From NCBI GenBank assembly GCA_964486045.1, contig CAZALK010000020.1:1-64000 (forward strand): DNA of 64,000 nucleotides, in the 5' to 3' direction. Positions 21,213 to 31,927 of this stretch are shown here, in pieces. The notes beneath the pieces are model-generated. The model made no database searches, had not been told where the DNA came from, and saw only the letters and a program-made list of their open reading frames with translations. The DNA comes from an uncultured archaeon. Its GTDB lineage: Archaea; Asgardarchaeota; Lokiarchaeia; Sigyniarchaeales; SOKP01. Every line of letters starts with the position of its first letter. Within the stretch, counting starts at the first letter, position 1. Made by a program: the position numbers and the translations under genes.

Positions 21213-22016
21213 TTATAAATCAAATAACTCTGATTTTAGTTTTTTTAATTTTCTATAGAGATTCTTAATCGCTTTAATACCCTCTGAATTTGAGTTAAAG
21301 TCGATAGGAGATTCTCCTTTCAAGTCCGCTCTGCCTATTTCGGGGTCAATATTGATTGAATGGTAAAGTGGGATATCCCAATTCTTTATCCGTTGATTAA
21401 TTATTTCTAATTGAGTGTCATCGGTTAATTTATTTGCAATAAGATAGATATTAATAACTCCTAATTTTTTGGATAATTCTATAATTTTCTTACACAAATC
21501 TAATGATTTTTGGGAAGGTTCCGTTATTACTAACATTACGTCAATTCCTTTTGCTGTCCCCCTACCTAAATGTTCTAAACCCGCCTCAAAATCAACGATT
21601 ATAACTTCTTCTCTCTTTACAATTAAATTATAAAGTAATGTCCTAATTAATGCATTTTCAGGACAAAGGCATCCGGTCGCAGGTTCTTCAATAGAACCCA
21701 ATACTAGAAGTTGTAACCCATCTGGTCCTGAAATCTTATACTTATCTGGGATATCTGAAACCTTTGGGTTAATGTTATATATACCTGATCCTGCCCCGTT
21801 GACACTTACTCTCTCGTCAATAAGTGTTTTCATTTCTGAGATAGGAACTATTTTTTTTTTTGTCTCATTTTCAATTCCTAATGTATAACTAAGATTCATA
21901 GCAGAATCATTATCAATCGCCAGAACCTCATAGCCATCTTTAGCAAACATTCTTGCCAAAGTACCGGCAACTAACGTTTTTCCGACACCTCCCTTTCCTG
22001 AAACCGCAATTTTTAT
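21213..22016 (-). CDS. cooC: CooC/AcsF-family nickel-insertion ATPase, ATA start
   Basis: (I)KIAVSGKGGVGKT Walker A lies upstream of the called start; GCLCP and DFEAGLEHLGRG motifs. Confidence 0.92.
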   Translation of the reverse strand: MKIAVSGKGGVGKTLVAGTLARMFAKDGYEVLAIDNDSAMNLSYTLGIENETKKKIVPISEMKTLIDERVSVNGAGSGIYNINPKVSDIPDKYKISGPDGLQLLVLGSIEEPATGCLCPENALIRTLLYNLIVKREEVIIVDFEAGLEHLGRGTAKGIDVMLVITEPSQKSLDLCKKIIELSKKLGVINIYLIANKLTDDTQLEIINQRIKNWDIPLYHSINIDPEIGRADLKGESPIDFNSNSEGIKAIKNLYRKLKKLKSELFDL

Positions 22017-22258
22017 AGTTCTAGCACCACATAATTGTTAAATATCAAAATCTTTTTGATATTAAATTTTATTCAATTTATATAAAATTTACTACGATAA
22101 TAATATCATCTATTCTACTGTCTAGTAGTTAGATTAATAAATGATGACATAAGTAATTCCTAAACGATTTGGGTAGAGGAAATTATTAAAAACTAGTAAA
22201 ATAATTAAAAATTAATAATTAATATATCAATTTATGTATTAAAATTTTTTATCAATTA

Positions 22259-23080
22259 TTGATTATGACAGAGTCAAGAAATAGAGGACTTGCTCCGAAG
22301 AATGATGTTGAGCACGCTTATTTTAGTGGCATGATTATTCAACGAGTTCGTAATTTCGTAAAAAATGATAGTGTCAATGAACTCGTCAATTGGGGATATG
22401 GATCAAGTAGTAGAACGATTGATCCTAAAACTGTAAAGATCAAAGGAGATCGGGGTACTAATGGAATTTTTACTGCGTTTAAATCAGAAAACGCTGAACT
22501 TTACCAATCACTGTTACCAAAACAGCTTGCAATACCAGAAAAGCCCATTATCTCTTTAGTTACAGTAGATTACAATACTGGTAATTCTATAACCCGTTAC
22601 AATGAAGGTATGGTTATGATAAAGGGTATATGTCCTGATGGTGAAGAAACTTGGTTTGTATTGAGTATGCCCGTTGAAACATGGTTAATGATGGAAATGG
22701 GAGTGGACTGGGGTTTTCCAAAACAAATTTTTGATATTACAGTCGCAAAAGAGAATACTTTAGTCTTGAATAAAGGTGTTAAACATTTAGCTCTTGACCT
22801 AACTCCAGACTCCTCTTTAAAGAAGGAAGACATTCTTATTCCTAAAGGAGATGCTTGGGGAATTAATAATATGGCAGTAATTCACCCTGTTAGAAAAGAT
22901 ATTTTGTTGAGATTTTCTTATGGGCCCATAAGCGTTCAAGAAAGGGTACAAGGAATAGTGAGAGTCTCAATTGATCGAAAACAATCTTGGGCGGAATTAA
23001 TTCCTGAAGGTTTAAACATTCCTGGTGTGTCACAGAGATATGTACCTGTTGGAGACTCATTGATAAAAAAAGTCTTTTAA
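22259..23080 (+). CDS. Acetoacetate decarboxylase-like family protein
   Basis: YQSLLPKQL, RYNEG, MGVDWGFPK (GxPK) pattern. Confidence 0.6.
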   Translation: MIMTESRNRGLAPKNDVEHAYFSGMIIQRVRNFVKNDSVNELVNWGYGSSSRTIDPKTVKIKGDRGTNGIFTAFKSENAELYQSLLPKQLAIPEKPIISLVTVDYNTGNSITRYNEGMVMIKGICPDGEETWFVLSMPVETWLMMEMGVDWGFPKQIFDITVAKENTLVLNKGVKHLALDLTPDSSLKKEDILIPKGDAWGINNMAVIHPVRKDILLRFSYGPISVQERVQGIVRVSIDRKQSWAELIPEGLNIPGVSQRYVPVGDSLIKKVF

Positions 23081-23096
23081 AATCGGTGAAATTTTT

Positions 23097-24176
23097 ATTT
23101 CAAAACCGTTAAAAGTAGGGTTGGTAGGAACAGGAGCAATGGGATATGCTCATTTACAAGCTTATCTTAAATATCCTGAAAAAATCAAATTAGTAGCAGT
23201 TTGTGATTTACAAGAACAAGCTGCTAAAGCATATGCAAAAGCCGCAAAAATATCGTCTATTTACACTGATTTTGAAAAGATGCTAAAACAAGAGGATATC
23301 GATGCGGTTGATATATGTACCATCCATGATCAACATAAATACGAAACGATTTTAGCTGCTGAAACAGGTAAACACATATTACTTGAAAAACCCATGGCTT
23401 GTTCAATGAAGGATTGTCGAGACATGGTTCAAGCAACTAAAAAAGCCGGAGTTACTTATATGATGGCTCAAGTTCTTCGATATCTACCTTCCTCTCAGGC
23501 TGTATTAAGTCTTATGGAGAATAAGGAAATCGGTTCTATTAATGCGGTACGAGGAGACTCTATTCTAAAACAATCCTTGATTTTACCTCATGATCATTGG
23601 ATGTTTGATGGTAATCGTGCAGGCGGAGGTGTTTTGATTACACTTTCAATCCATATGATAGATCTTTTAAGGTATTTTATTGGAGATGTGAGAAAAGTCA
23701 ATGGTATCTGTAAAAATTTTAACCATTTATTTGTAAATGACGCTGAAGACTTCTCAAGTGCTACTTTAGAATTCAAAACTGGGACAATTGGGAATATCTT
23801 TGGAAGTCTTTCAATTGGGAGAACTCCTTGGAATATAAAATACATGATTTTTGGTGATTCTGGGACAATTTATTCAAATCCTCCTCCCATAAAAAAAGGA
23901 CACTATCAAATCGGTAATGCGATGTTATCATCTAAAAAATTAGATTTGGAGGATAAAACAACTCAGAAAGGAAAGTTTATACCAATAAATCAGGATTCAA
24001 CAAAAGTCGTAAGCGAAAATCCATTTATTAACGAAGTTATTCATTTTGCTGATTGCTGTCAAACTAATGAAGAACCAATAAGTAGCGGGAAAGATAACTT
24101 AAATACTATGAAAATAATCTTTGGTATCTATAAATCATCTAAAACTAGTGAAGTGATTAATTTGAATGATATATAA
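23097..24176 (+). CDS. Gfo/Idh/MocA-family oxidoreductase, probable ATT start
   Basis: KVGLVGTGAMG, LLEKPMA, GGGVL...HMID. The first beta strand begins upstream of the called TTG; SD GGTGA at 23085-23089. Confidence 0.9.
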   Translation: MSKPLKVGLVGTGAMGYAHLQAYLKYPEKIKLVAVCDLQEQAAKAYAKAAKISSIYTDFEKMLKQEDIDAVDICTIHDQHKYETILAAETGKHILLEKPMACSMKDCRDMVQATKKAGVTYMMAQVLRYLPSSQAVLSLMENKEIGSINAVRGDSILKQSLILPHDHWMFDGNRAGGGVLITLSIHMIDLLRYFIGDVRKVNGICKNFNHLFVNDAEDFSSATLEFKTGTIGNIFGSLSIGRTPWNIKYMIFGDSGTIYSNPPPIKKGHYQIGNAMLSSKKLDLEDKTTQKGKFIPINQDSTKVVSENPFINEVIHFADCCQTNEEPISSGKDNLNTMKIIFGIYKSSKTSEVINLNDI

Positions 24177-24918
24177 AAATGATTTGTTAAGAAGAAATTA
24201 CACATTTGAGCAAGCAAAATTAATTCAAATTAAATATCAAAACTTCATTAAGAGCTCAAATATTGATGTAAATTCTAATGATACTACCTCAATAAAGACT
24301 ATTGCCGGAGTAGATATTTCCTATTATAGCAGAAAAAAAGCTGAATATGGCGTCGCTTGTGCAGTAGCTTGGAATATTGAAAACGAATTAATAGAACAAT
24401 CCTCTTTCAAGAGTGGTATTATTAAGTTTCCATATAGACCGGGATTCCTAGGATTTCGAGAGTGTAGACTACTTGCTAAGGTGATCTCTAAACTTCGAAG
24501 AAGACCGGATCTTATATTATGTGATGGTCATGGAAAAATCCACCCCCGAAGATTCGGGGAGGCAGTTCACCTTGGTTTTGCTCTTAATATTCCTACAGTT
24601 GGAGTAGCCAAGAATCACTTCATTGGATATTCCGAATGGAATGAAATAAAAAGGTTCAAAGGAAAGAAAACACCTATTTGGGCAAACAAGCCTTTAAATA
24701 AAGCTGTGGAATTATCAAATGAATTGTTAGGGTGTGCTGTTTGCTTAAAAACTGATACCAAACCAGTATTCATTAGCAAAGGTTATAAAATAAATCTCGA
24801 GGCTGCAGTGGCAATTTGTTTAGCTACAACTAAAAATCATAGACAACCAGAACCGCTTTTTTTGGCAGACCACCTTTCTAGAGCAAAAACAACTGAAATG
24901 CATCCATTAGATATTTAA
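24166..24918 (+). CDS. nfi: Endonuclease V
   Basis: AGVDISY, PYRPGFLGFRE, CDGHGKIHPRRFG, GVAK, PEPL-ADH. Confidence 0.93.
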   Translation: MIYKNDLLRRNYTFEQAKLIQIKYQNFIKSSNIDVNSNDTTSIKTIAGVDISYYSRKKAEYGVACAVAWNIENELIEQSSFKSGIIKFPYRPGFLGFRECRLLAKVISKLRRRPDLILCDGHGKIHPRRFGEAVHLGFALNIPTVGVAKNHFIGYSEWNEIKRFKGKKTPIWANKPLNKAVELSNELLGCAVCLKTDTKPVFISKGYKINLEAAVAICLATTKNHRQPEPLFLADHLSRAKTTEMHPLDI

Positions 24919-24928
24919 TAATAGTAAA

Positions 24929-26167
24929 TTAGGCCATTTCTCCCAAAACCTTTAGCGCAAGCTCTCTTACATCAATATCTATGTCTTTCGTGAGCTCTTT
25001 TAATAAATCTTTAAAAGCTTTATTCTCAAAACCAAATTTTGTTAGAGCTTTGATAACTTTAAATCTAATTACCCAGTCTTCATCATGAAGTAAATCAAGA
25101 AATGCTTCATAAACTTTTTCATTTCTTATTTCCCCAAGAATTTTTAAAACAGCTCTTTTGACATCATTATTTTTGTTGTCCAGGTCTTTAATTAAATTAT
25201 TAATGACAACTTTTTTGTCAATATCATCCAACAGATTAAACATTCTCTTAAAAAGTGAAATCTGAAACTGTCCTGGAAAGTTAAAAACTACAGATTTATA
25301 TTCCCTTTCTATTGGTTGATTAGTATTTCCTTGGTTTAATTCTAATAAAATATTATTCAACCTTCGGTTTTCATTTTGATACTGGGATAATTCTTCTTTT
25401 AGATTGTTAAATTCATCGGTGGTATAAGTCAAGCTTACAGGAGTACCATCATCTGTTTCTAATCTCTGCTTTAAGTATCGAACTTGCGCTTCGTAATCAT
25501 CTAATTCTAATGCTAAAGCTTCAATCTTTTGAAATGCTAGGGATAATTCTTCCGAATTCGATTCCTCTTTTTGTTTTTGTGATTGAATCTTTAACGAATC
25601 AATTTTTGTACGTAATATTCCATTTTCTTCCATTAATTGAAAATTCAAAAGCTTCATATTATCAATTTCCTCACTTTCTTCCATATAATCTTGATTGGTA
25701 ACTTCAAATTCACTTTTTCCAGACTTCATCGAGTTGATTTGACTTTTCAATTCTTCAATTTCACTTCTGAAATTTTCACTTTCTTCCGTAAATGCAAGTA
25801 TCAATTCTTGAGCTTGAATCAAATCCTCATTATCTTGGTTAGTAAAATTTCCATCTTTAGAATCCTCAATTTTTAATATCAGCTCATCGATTTTAGTGTT
25901 TTGTTTCTCATTAATTTCGTCTTTCTTAATTAATTTTTGTCTTTGGGAGATAACTAGATCCTTTAAAATGTCAAGTTCACTTGGAACAGTACCAACATCT
26001 AATGTCGTTGAATCAGATTGTTCGCTGATCAACATTTTCTGTTCAGTTATAACACCTTTCAACCGGTTAATCTCTTCATTGAGTGAGTTAATTTTGGCTT
26101 CTAATTCTGCATGGGATTTTGTTTCTTTTTCGACAGTATCAATTATATCTTTAAAATCTTTACTCAT
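24929..26167 (-). CDS. Long coiled-coil protein with C-terminal HEAT repeats
   Basis: Heptad-rich acidic N-terminus; DVKRAVLKILGEI, DEDWVIRFKVIKAL and DVRELALKVL repeats. Confidence 0.8.
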   Translation of the reverse strand: MSKDFKDIIDTVEKETKSHAELEAKINSLNEEINRLKGVITEQKMLISEQSDSTTLDVGTVPSELDILKDLVISQRQKLIKKDEINEKQNTKIDELILKIEDSKDGNFTNQDNEDLIQAQELILAFTEESENFRSEIEELKSQINSMKSGKSEFEVTNQDYMEESEEIDNMKLLNFQLMEENGILRTKIDSLKIQSQKQKEESNSEELSLAFQKIEALALELDDYEAQVRYLKQRLETDDGTPVSLTYTTDEFNNLKEELSQYQNENRRLNNILLELNQGNTNQPIEREYKSVVFNFPGQFQISLFKRMFNLLDDIDKKVVINNLIKDLDNKNNDVKRAVLKILGEIRNEKVYEAFLDLLHDEDWVIRFKVIKALTKFGFENKAFKDLLKELTKDIDIDVRELALKVLGEMA

Positions 26168-26317
26168 GGCTTATACATCTAAATAATTGTATTTTATATG
26201 AATCAAACTGACTTCAATTATATTAATATCAATATTCATATAATATATTTTAGGTTGCTTCAAACTATAAAAAAGAAAGTGATAATTGAGAAAGTGAAAA
26301 AAATATCTTTCTTGAAA

Positions 26318-26797
26318 TTATTGAATTTTAATTTCTTTTATTACATCTCCCTTGGCAATAGAATCAATAACTTTTTGATCAGCAATAGGATCTACAACAC
26401 CGCCAAAGATAGTATGTTTATTATTAAGGTGTGTGGTTGGAACATGTGTAATAAAGAATTGAGACCCGTTTGTGTTGGCACCAGCATTCGCCATAGCTAG
26501 AATACCTGGTTTATCAAATTTTCTTCCTGACTGAAACTCGTCAGCAAACGGATATGATGTTTGTCCTCCTTGAAATGGAAATGAAGTAATATCTTTATTT
26601 CTAGGACCACCGGTACCCTTACCCAATGGATCTCCACCTTGAATCATAAAATTTGCGATTACTCTATGAAAGACAATTCCATTAAAATAACCTTGTTTTG
26701 CTAAGAATAAAAAACTAGCTATTGTTAGTGGAGCATCATCATCAAATAACTCAAGATTAATATCTCCCTTATTAGTTACCATCACAATTTTAGTCAT
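26318..26797 (-). CDS. Cyclophilin-type peptidyl-prolyl cis-trans isomerase
   Basis: FHRVIANFMIQGGDP, LAMANAG-NTNGSQFFIT, HTIFG. Confidence 0.95.
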   Translation of the reverse strand: MTKIVMVTNKGDINLELFDDDAPLTIASFLFLAKQGYFNGIVFHRVIANFMIQGGDPLGKGTGGPRNKDITSFPFQGGQTSYPFADEFQSGRKFDKPGILAMANAGANTNGSQFFITHVPTTHLNNKHTIFGGVVDPIADQKVIDSIAKGDVIKEIKIQ

Positions 26798-26946
26798 ACA
26801 ATAAGATAAGATTTGGTATTTTTTATTCTTTTTCAGATATAATTATGTTGTACAAGTGTGTTTGATCACAATGAAAAACTTAAAAGGAAGTACGATTATA
26901 AAACTTTATAAAAGGTGGTATTAAGAAATATCATTTAGATCTGAAA

Positions 26947-29097
26947 ATGACTCAAAACGACATCTCCTTTTTCTTTAACCCCGCAAGCATCGCAGTTATT
27001 GGCGCAAGTGCTATAGAGGGTAAACTTGGTAATACAGTTTTAAATAATATTATTAAATCTGGGTATAAAGGAAAAATTTTTCCAATTAATCCCGGAACTG
27101 ATAAAGTTTGTGATATTCCATGCTATAAAAGTGTTCTAGATGTACCAGAGAATATTGACATTGCTATTTTTGTAATCCCTGGTAAATTTGTAAATCCTGT
27201 TGCTGAAGAATGTGGTAAAAAAGGAGTAAAGGGATTAATAGTAATTTCTGATGGATTTAAAGAAATTGGAGGAAAGGGTGTAGAAAGAGAGGAGCACCTA
27301 ATACAAATTGGCAAGAAATACGATATGAGAATTTTAGGTCCTAACTGCTTGGGATTCATTGGACTTAACTATAATGGTTCATTCGCTACCGAAACCCCTA
27401 AAAAAGGGGGAATTGCTATGATTTCACAATCAGGTGCTATGCTTACAGGCATGATGGATTATTCCATGACACAAGCTTTTGGATTCTCCTATAATATTAG
27501 CCTTGGGAATAAAGCTGACTTAGGAGCAGTAGACTTTATAGAATTTTTAGCGGAAGATGAAAATACCAGTGTTATCTTATGCTATCTAGAAAGCATAACT
27601 AATGGTCAGAAATTTTTAGAAATTCTGCCTGAAGCTACACGAAAAAAACCAATTGTTATTTTGAAATCAGGAGTAAGTGAAGCTGGCGCTAGAGCTGCGT
27701 CTAGTCATACTGGAGCACTGGCAGGCGCAGATATTGCGTATGATCTTGCTTTTGAAAAATGTGGTGTTATAAGAGCCAAAACAATAGAAGATCTATTTGA
27801 CTATGGTGAAGTTTTCTTGTATCAGCCTGTTCCTGCGAATAATTCTTTTGCAATAATAACAAATGCTGGAGGTCCTGGAATTGTTGCTACTGATGCATTT
27901 GAACGAGAAAATTTGAAATTTGCTAGTTTTTCAGAGTCAATACTTCATGCACTAAGAACAGGATTGCCTTTACACGCATCAATTTTTAACCCAATTGATA
28001 TTATTGGGGATGCTACTCCTGATAGATATGATTTTACAATTAAAACCATTTTTGGTTTAAACGGTAAAACAGAATCCAATGAAATTTCAACCCAAGGTGT
28101 TTTAATAATTGTTACTCCACAGGCTCCAACAGAACCAACTAAAGTAGCAAAATTAATTCATGAAATTTCTACTCATCATTTAGAAGAAAAGCCAATTGTA
28201 TGTTCCTTCATCGGAGGAAAAAATATGTCGGAGGGTAGAGAATACTTAAAACAAAATCATATCCCTTGTTATCACTTTCCAGACCGAGCAGCCCACTCAT
28301 TAAAAACACTCGTAAAAAGAGGTAAATACTTAAAAAGTACTCCCCTAAGTGATTTAAAAATTCCCAAATTTGAAGTAAATAAAAAAAGAGTAGATGAAAT
28401 ATTCGCAAGTATTAGAGAAGATAAGAGAACGGTCTTATTAAGCTATGAAACAAGCGAGGTTTTTGATTGTTATGGAATTAAATCCCCTACTTCTAGACTA
28501 GCCAGAACTCCTCGACAAGCAAGAAAACTGCTCTCAGAAATCGGTAAATCAGTAATGAAAATTGTTAGCCCACATATAATTCATAAAACCGATGTCGGAG
28601 GAATTCTATTAAATATTGAGACAGAACAAGATGCTTTTGAGGCTTACATCCAAATTGTAAGTAACGCTAAAAAATTTGGTCCACAAAATGCGAAAATTTA
28701 TGGTGTGGAAGTGCAAAAAATGATCGACTTTAAAACTGAGAGAAAAGTTAATGAAATTATCATAGGGATGTCGGGAGATCCTCAATTTGGGCCACTCCTC
28801 ATGTTTGGTAGTGGTGGAATTTATGCAAACTTCATGCAAGATGTATCTTTCGCTTTAGCGTATAAATTTACCAAAGCTGATGCTAGAAAATTGATTGAAA
28901 GCACAAAAATCTTCAACCTCCTTCAAGGAGTGAGAGGGGAATCACCTTCTGATGTAGAAGCTGTACTTGATGTGCTTCTAAGATTATCCCAACTTGTAAA
29001 TGATTTCCCAGAAATTGTAGAATTAGATATCAATCCTCTTTTAGCATTTGTCAAAGGTTATAGCGCTGTAGATATTAAAATCACAATAAAACGATAA
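26947..29097 (+). CDS. ADP-forming acetate/acyl-CoA ligase, alpha-beta fusion
   Basis: IAVIGAS, GPNCLG, SQSGA, ASSHTGALAG, TNAGGPG, HKTDVGG, ELDINPL. Confidence 0.93.
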   Translation: MTQNDISFFFNPASIAVIGASAIEGKLGNTVLNNIIKSGYKGKIFPINPGTDKVCDIPCYKSVLDVPENIDIAIFVIPGKFVNPVAEECGKKGVKGLIVISDGFKEIGGKGVEREEHLIQIGKKYDMRILGPNCLGFIGLNYNGSFATETPKKGGIAMISQSGAMLTGMMDYSMTQAFGFSYNISLGNKADLGAVDFIEFLAEDENTSVILCYLESITNGQKFLEILPEATRKKPIVILKSGVSEAGARAASSHTGALAGADIAYDLAFEKCGVIRAKTIEDLFDYGEVFLYQPVPANNSFAIITNAGGPGIVATDAFERENLKFASFSESILHALRTGLPLHASIFNPIDIIGDATPDRYDFTIKTIFGLNGKTESNEISTQGVLIIVTPQAPTEPTKVAKLIHEISTHHLEEKPIVCSFIGGKNMSEGREYLKQNHIPCYHFPDRAAHSLKTLVKRGKYLKSTPLSDLKIPKFEVNKKRVDEIFASIREDKRTVLLSYETSEVFDCYGIKSPTSRLARTPRQARKLLSEIGKSVMKIVSPHIIHKTDVGGILLNIETEQDAFEAYIQIVSNAKKFGPQNAKIYGVEVQKMIDFKTERKVNEIIIGMSGDPQFGPLLMFGSGGIYANFMQDVSFALAYKFTKADARKLIESTKIFNLLQGVRGESPSDVEAVLDVLLRLSQLVNDFPEIVELDINPLLAFVKGYSAVDIKITIKR

Positions 29098-29143
29098 TAG
29101 GTACATTGTTAAAAAATAAAATAAAAATAAATATATAAAAGAA

Positions 29144-30217
29144 TTGAAGAAGATGGTAAAAGTATTTTATTTATGTTCATTGAGAGAACGTGCTGGGAAA
29201 AGTTTCCTTTCGATTGGATTCATCCAGAAATTAAAGAAAGCTGGTAAAAAGTTTGCCTATTTTAAACCAATTGGGGTCCCAAGAGCGGCCTTTTCCAGCA
29301 AATCTGATTCAGATGTTGATTTTGTCCTCAATACAGTATATGAAACTGACCATCCCTATGATCTAATTTCTCCAGTTTCAATTCCAGCTTCATATTATGT
29401 AGATTTAGTTGATGCTAATAAAAAAGGTGGATACCTTCTAAAGATTAAAAGCGCTTATGATGAACTCACTAAAGATGTTGATTATGTGGTTATTGAAGGG
29501 AATCCAAGTATTAGGAAATTTGTACGAACAGGAATTGATGATGTGACTATAGCACAGAATCTTGGTATTAAAGAATTAATCTATGTTTCTGTAGATTCAA
29601 GTGATCGATGTATTGATAACTTCTTTTTTACGAAAGAATATTTTGATTTCCGTAAAATCGGCATTTTAGGTGTTCTTTTTAATAAAATAGATTTTGAATA
29701 TATTGCAAGAATTAAAGAGATCTCAGAAGACCATATTAATCGATATAATATTCCCGTTTTAGGTATTATCGAAAAAAGCGTAGAAATATTCTCACCACGA
29801 GTGAACGAGATAATAGAGCAAATTGGGGGAGAATTACTAAATGACTCAGCATCAGCAGGATTGAATAACCTCGTAGAGACCTTTCTCATTGGTGCAATGA
29901 ATGCTCAGAGTGCTTTAAAATATTTACAGCAAGTGAAAAAAGCAGCATTTATCACGGGAGGAGATAGAACAGACCTCGCACTGGCAGCACTTGATCAAGA
30001 TGTATCAACATTAATCCTAACAGGTTTCATCCAACCCGATATGGGTGTTATTACTGCGGCAAATAAAAAGGGAATTCCAATTATCTTGAGCCCCTCTGAT
30101 ACTTATACTACCATGAGAAATTTAGAACGTTTGAAACCAGGAATTCAAGAAGATGAAATAGAAAAAGTTTTAAAGATAATTGAAAAAGAGATTGACTGGG
30201 ATTTTTTATTAAAATAA
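29144..30217 (+). CDS. Pta N-terminal-like protein (BioD-like P-loop plus DRTGG domain)
   Basis: AGKS, YFKPIG, VIEG and ITGGDRTD; directly follows the acyl-CoA ligase gene. Confidence 0.88.
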   Translation: MKKMVKVFYLCSLRERAGKSFLSIGFIQKLKKAGKKFAYFKPIGVPRAAFSSKSDSDVDFVLNTVYETDHPYDLISPVSIPASYYVDLVDANKKGGYLLKIKSAYDELTKDVDYVVIEGNPSIRKFVRTGIDDVTIAQNLGIKELIYVSVDSSDRCIDNFFFTKEYFDFRKIGILGVLFNKIDFEYIARIKEISEDHINRYNIPVLGIIEKSVEIFSPRVNEIIEQIGGELLNDSASAGLNNLVETFLIGAMNAQSALKYLQQVKKAAFITGGDRTDLALAALDQDVSTLILTGFIQPDMGVITAANKKGIPIILSPSDTYTTMRNLERLKPGIQEDEIEKVLKIIEKEIDWDFLLK

Positions 30218-30255
30218 AAAAAAAATTAGATATCGATTTAAAACTTCATATCCCT

Positions 30256-30546
30256 TTAGACTAATGCTCCAAGAAAAGCTAGAATCCCAAAAAGTATTAG
30301 CATAGGTAAGATGAAAATAATAAACACTAAACCTATAATACCTAATATAAGACCCGCAATCGCCATCCCCTTTGATTCATCAGCAATTAGCCCAATAATA
30401 CCAAATAGAATAGCCGCTCCAGGAAAATAGAATGCACTATAAGGAAGAACTACTGGAATCAAAGCGAACAATAACCATCCAAAGAAACCCAATATACCAC
30501 AAATTAAAGCAAGAATACCAAATATTTTTCCCAATTTTTGCACCAT
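30256..30546 (-). CDS. Small membrane protein (3 TM)
   Basis: Hydrophobic; KGMAIAGLILGII. Confidence 0.7.
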   Translation of the reverse strand: MVQKLGKIFGILALICGILGFFGWLLFALIPVVLPYSAFYFPGAAILFGIIGLIADESKGMAIAGLILGIIGLVFIIFILPMLILFGILAFLGALV

Positions 30547-30749
30547 TTATTTATTTTTTTAAGGTAACACTCTGAAAGTGTATGATATTAATGGGACCAT
30601 GAAGTATATAAGTTTATATCTTTTCCCTTTATCATCACTTCTCGCTTTTTCTACTTTTCAATTTTGGGGAGTTAATGTATAGAACTAATATATTAAAAAA
30701 GATATTGATTGGAGTTTACTGTTTTAAATTAAGCCAGATTCTTCATCCC

Positions 30750-31307
30750 TTAATTATTTGCGAGTTTTCTTTTTTTAAAATTATGTTCGTATAATTTTTC
30801 CATTATTGGTTTCATAGCAGGACAGTTATCCCAATTGCCATTAAAATCACACTCTAAACAAATTTTTTTAACATGCTTAGCTCTAATGTAGGCAATAACA
30901 CCCACAATAAAATTGATCTCGAATAAGAGCGAAATCTTAAGAAATAGAAAGAGAGGAAGAAAGAGAGTAGAGACTATCAGTAAGCCTGTTCCTATACCAA
31001 TTGATATTTTTGAAAAAATTTTTAAAAATTTATGCTTTGTTAACCCAAATATATTTAAAACTATTGGGATGAAGAAAATATAAGCTAGGAAAAACATTGT
31101 AAAAAGATTTAACAAGCTTAGATTAAGAAATAAAATAATGAATAGAATCGTAAAACCGACTGTTGGATAAAAAGTAAAACACCCAATGCATAATTTTTTT
31201 CTTCCAATATGATAGACATGAGTGGAAAATCTTTCACAGTTTGGGTGATGTGATAAAAGTATCGGTTTAAGATCTGATAAAATAAGTGAAATACGAGATA
31301 ACTTCAT
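30750..31307 (-). CDS. Membrane protein with Cys/His clusters at both ends
   Basis: SHHPNC...H...LCIGC, 4 TM, CLEC...WDNC. Confidence 0.7.
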   Translation of the reverse strand: MKLSRISLILSDLKPILLSHHPNCERFSTHVYHIGRKKLCIGCFTFYPTVGFTILFIILFLNLSLLNLFTMFFLAYIFFIPIVLNIFGLTKHKFLKIFSKISIGIGTGLLIVSTLFLPLFLFLKISLLFEINFIVGVIAYIRAKHVKKICLECDFNGNWDNCPAMKPIMEKLYEHNFKKRKLANN

Positions 31308-31445
31308 TTTAAATCCTTTTAATGATTATTAATTAATAAGAAACATTCTATCGATAATGGTTATATTATCCTTTCATATATACTAATGTTAGGTAAATGA
31401 AATAAAAAAAAATTGAATAATTTGAATTTTAATTTCTTTTTGGAT

Positions 31446-31658
31446 TTAATCCCTGACAACTAGATATATTATACAGCCAATACATCCTGTTACGAGAACG
31501 ATCAATAACCAAACTGCAGCATTCATGTCTCTTTTTTTTGCATCTTTATAAACCCAGACTGCTAAAACTATACCAATCACAAAAAATAAGATAACTACTA
31601 CCATTAAAATTAAGTATATTCCAGCAAATAACCCAAATGGATCAAGTTGAAAAATCAT
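31446..31658 (-). CDS. Small membrane protein (PLDc_N-like)
   Basis: WVYKDAKKR...WLLIVLV...IIYL. Confidence 0.75.
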   Translation of the reverse strand: MIFQLDPFGLFAGIYLILMVVVILFFVIGIVLAVWVYKDAKKRDMNAAVWLLIVLVTGCIGCIIYLVVRD

Positions 31659-31927
31659 TTTATTTTCCTCTTTGAATTTATTTAATTTTTGTTTAGAATT
31701 TTGATTTATACTAATTACTTACGTGATTCAAGTATATAAACTTATTTTCCATAATTACACTTAAATGTTATCTTACTCAATTTTGAATGAATTCTATGTC
31801 TGAAATTGAAAGGTTGTCAAATTATTGGAAATTTTGTTTTAAGAAATAAAAAACTAATTTAAATTTGAAATATGTGCATGATATAATTGCCATTAAAAGA
31901 AATTTTTTTAGTAAAAAGTGAGTAATT

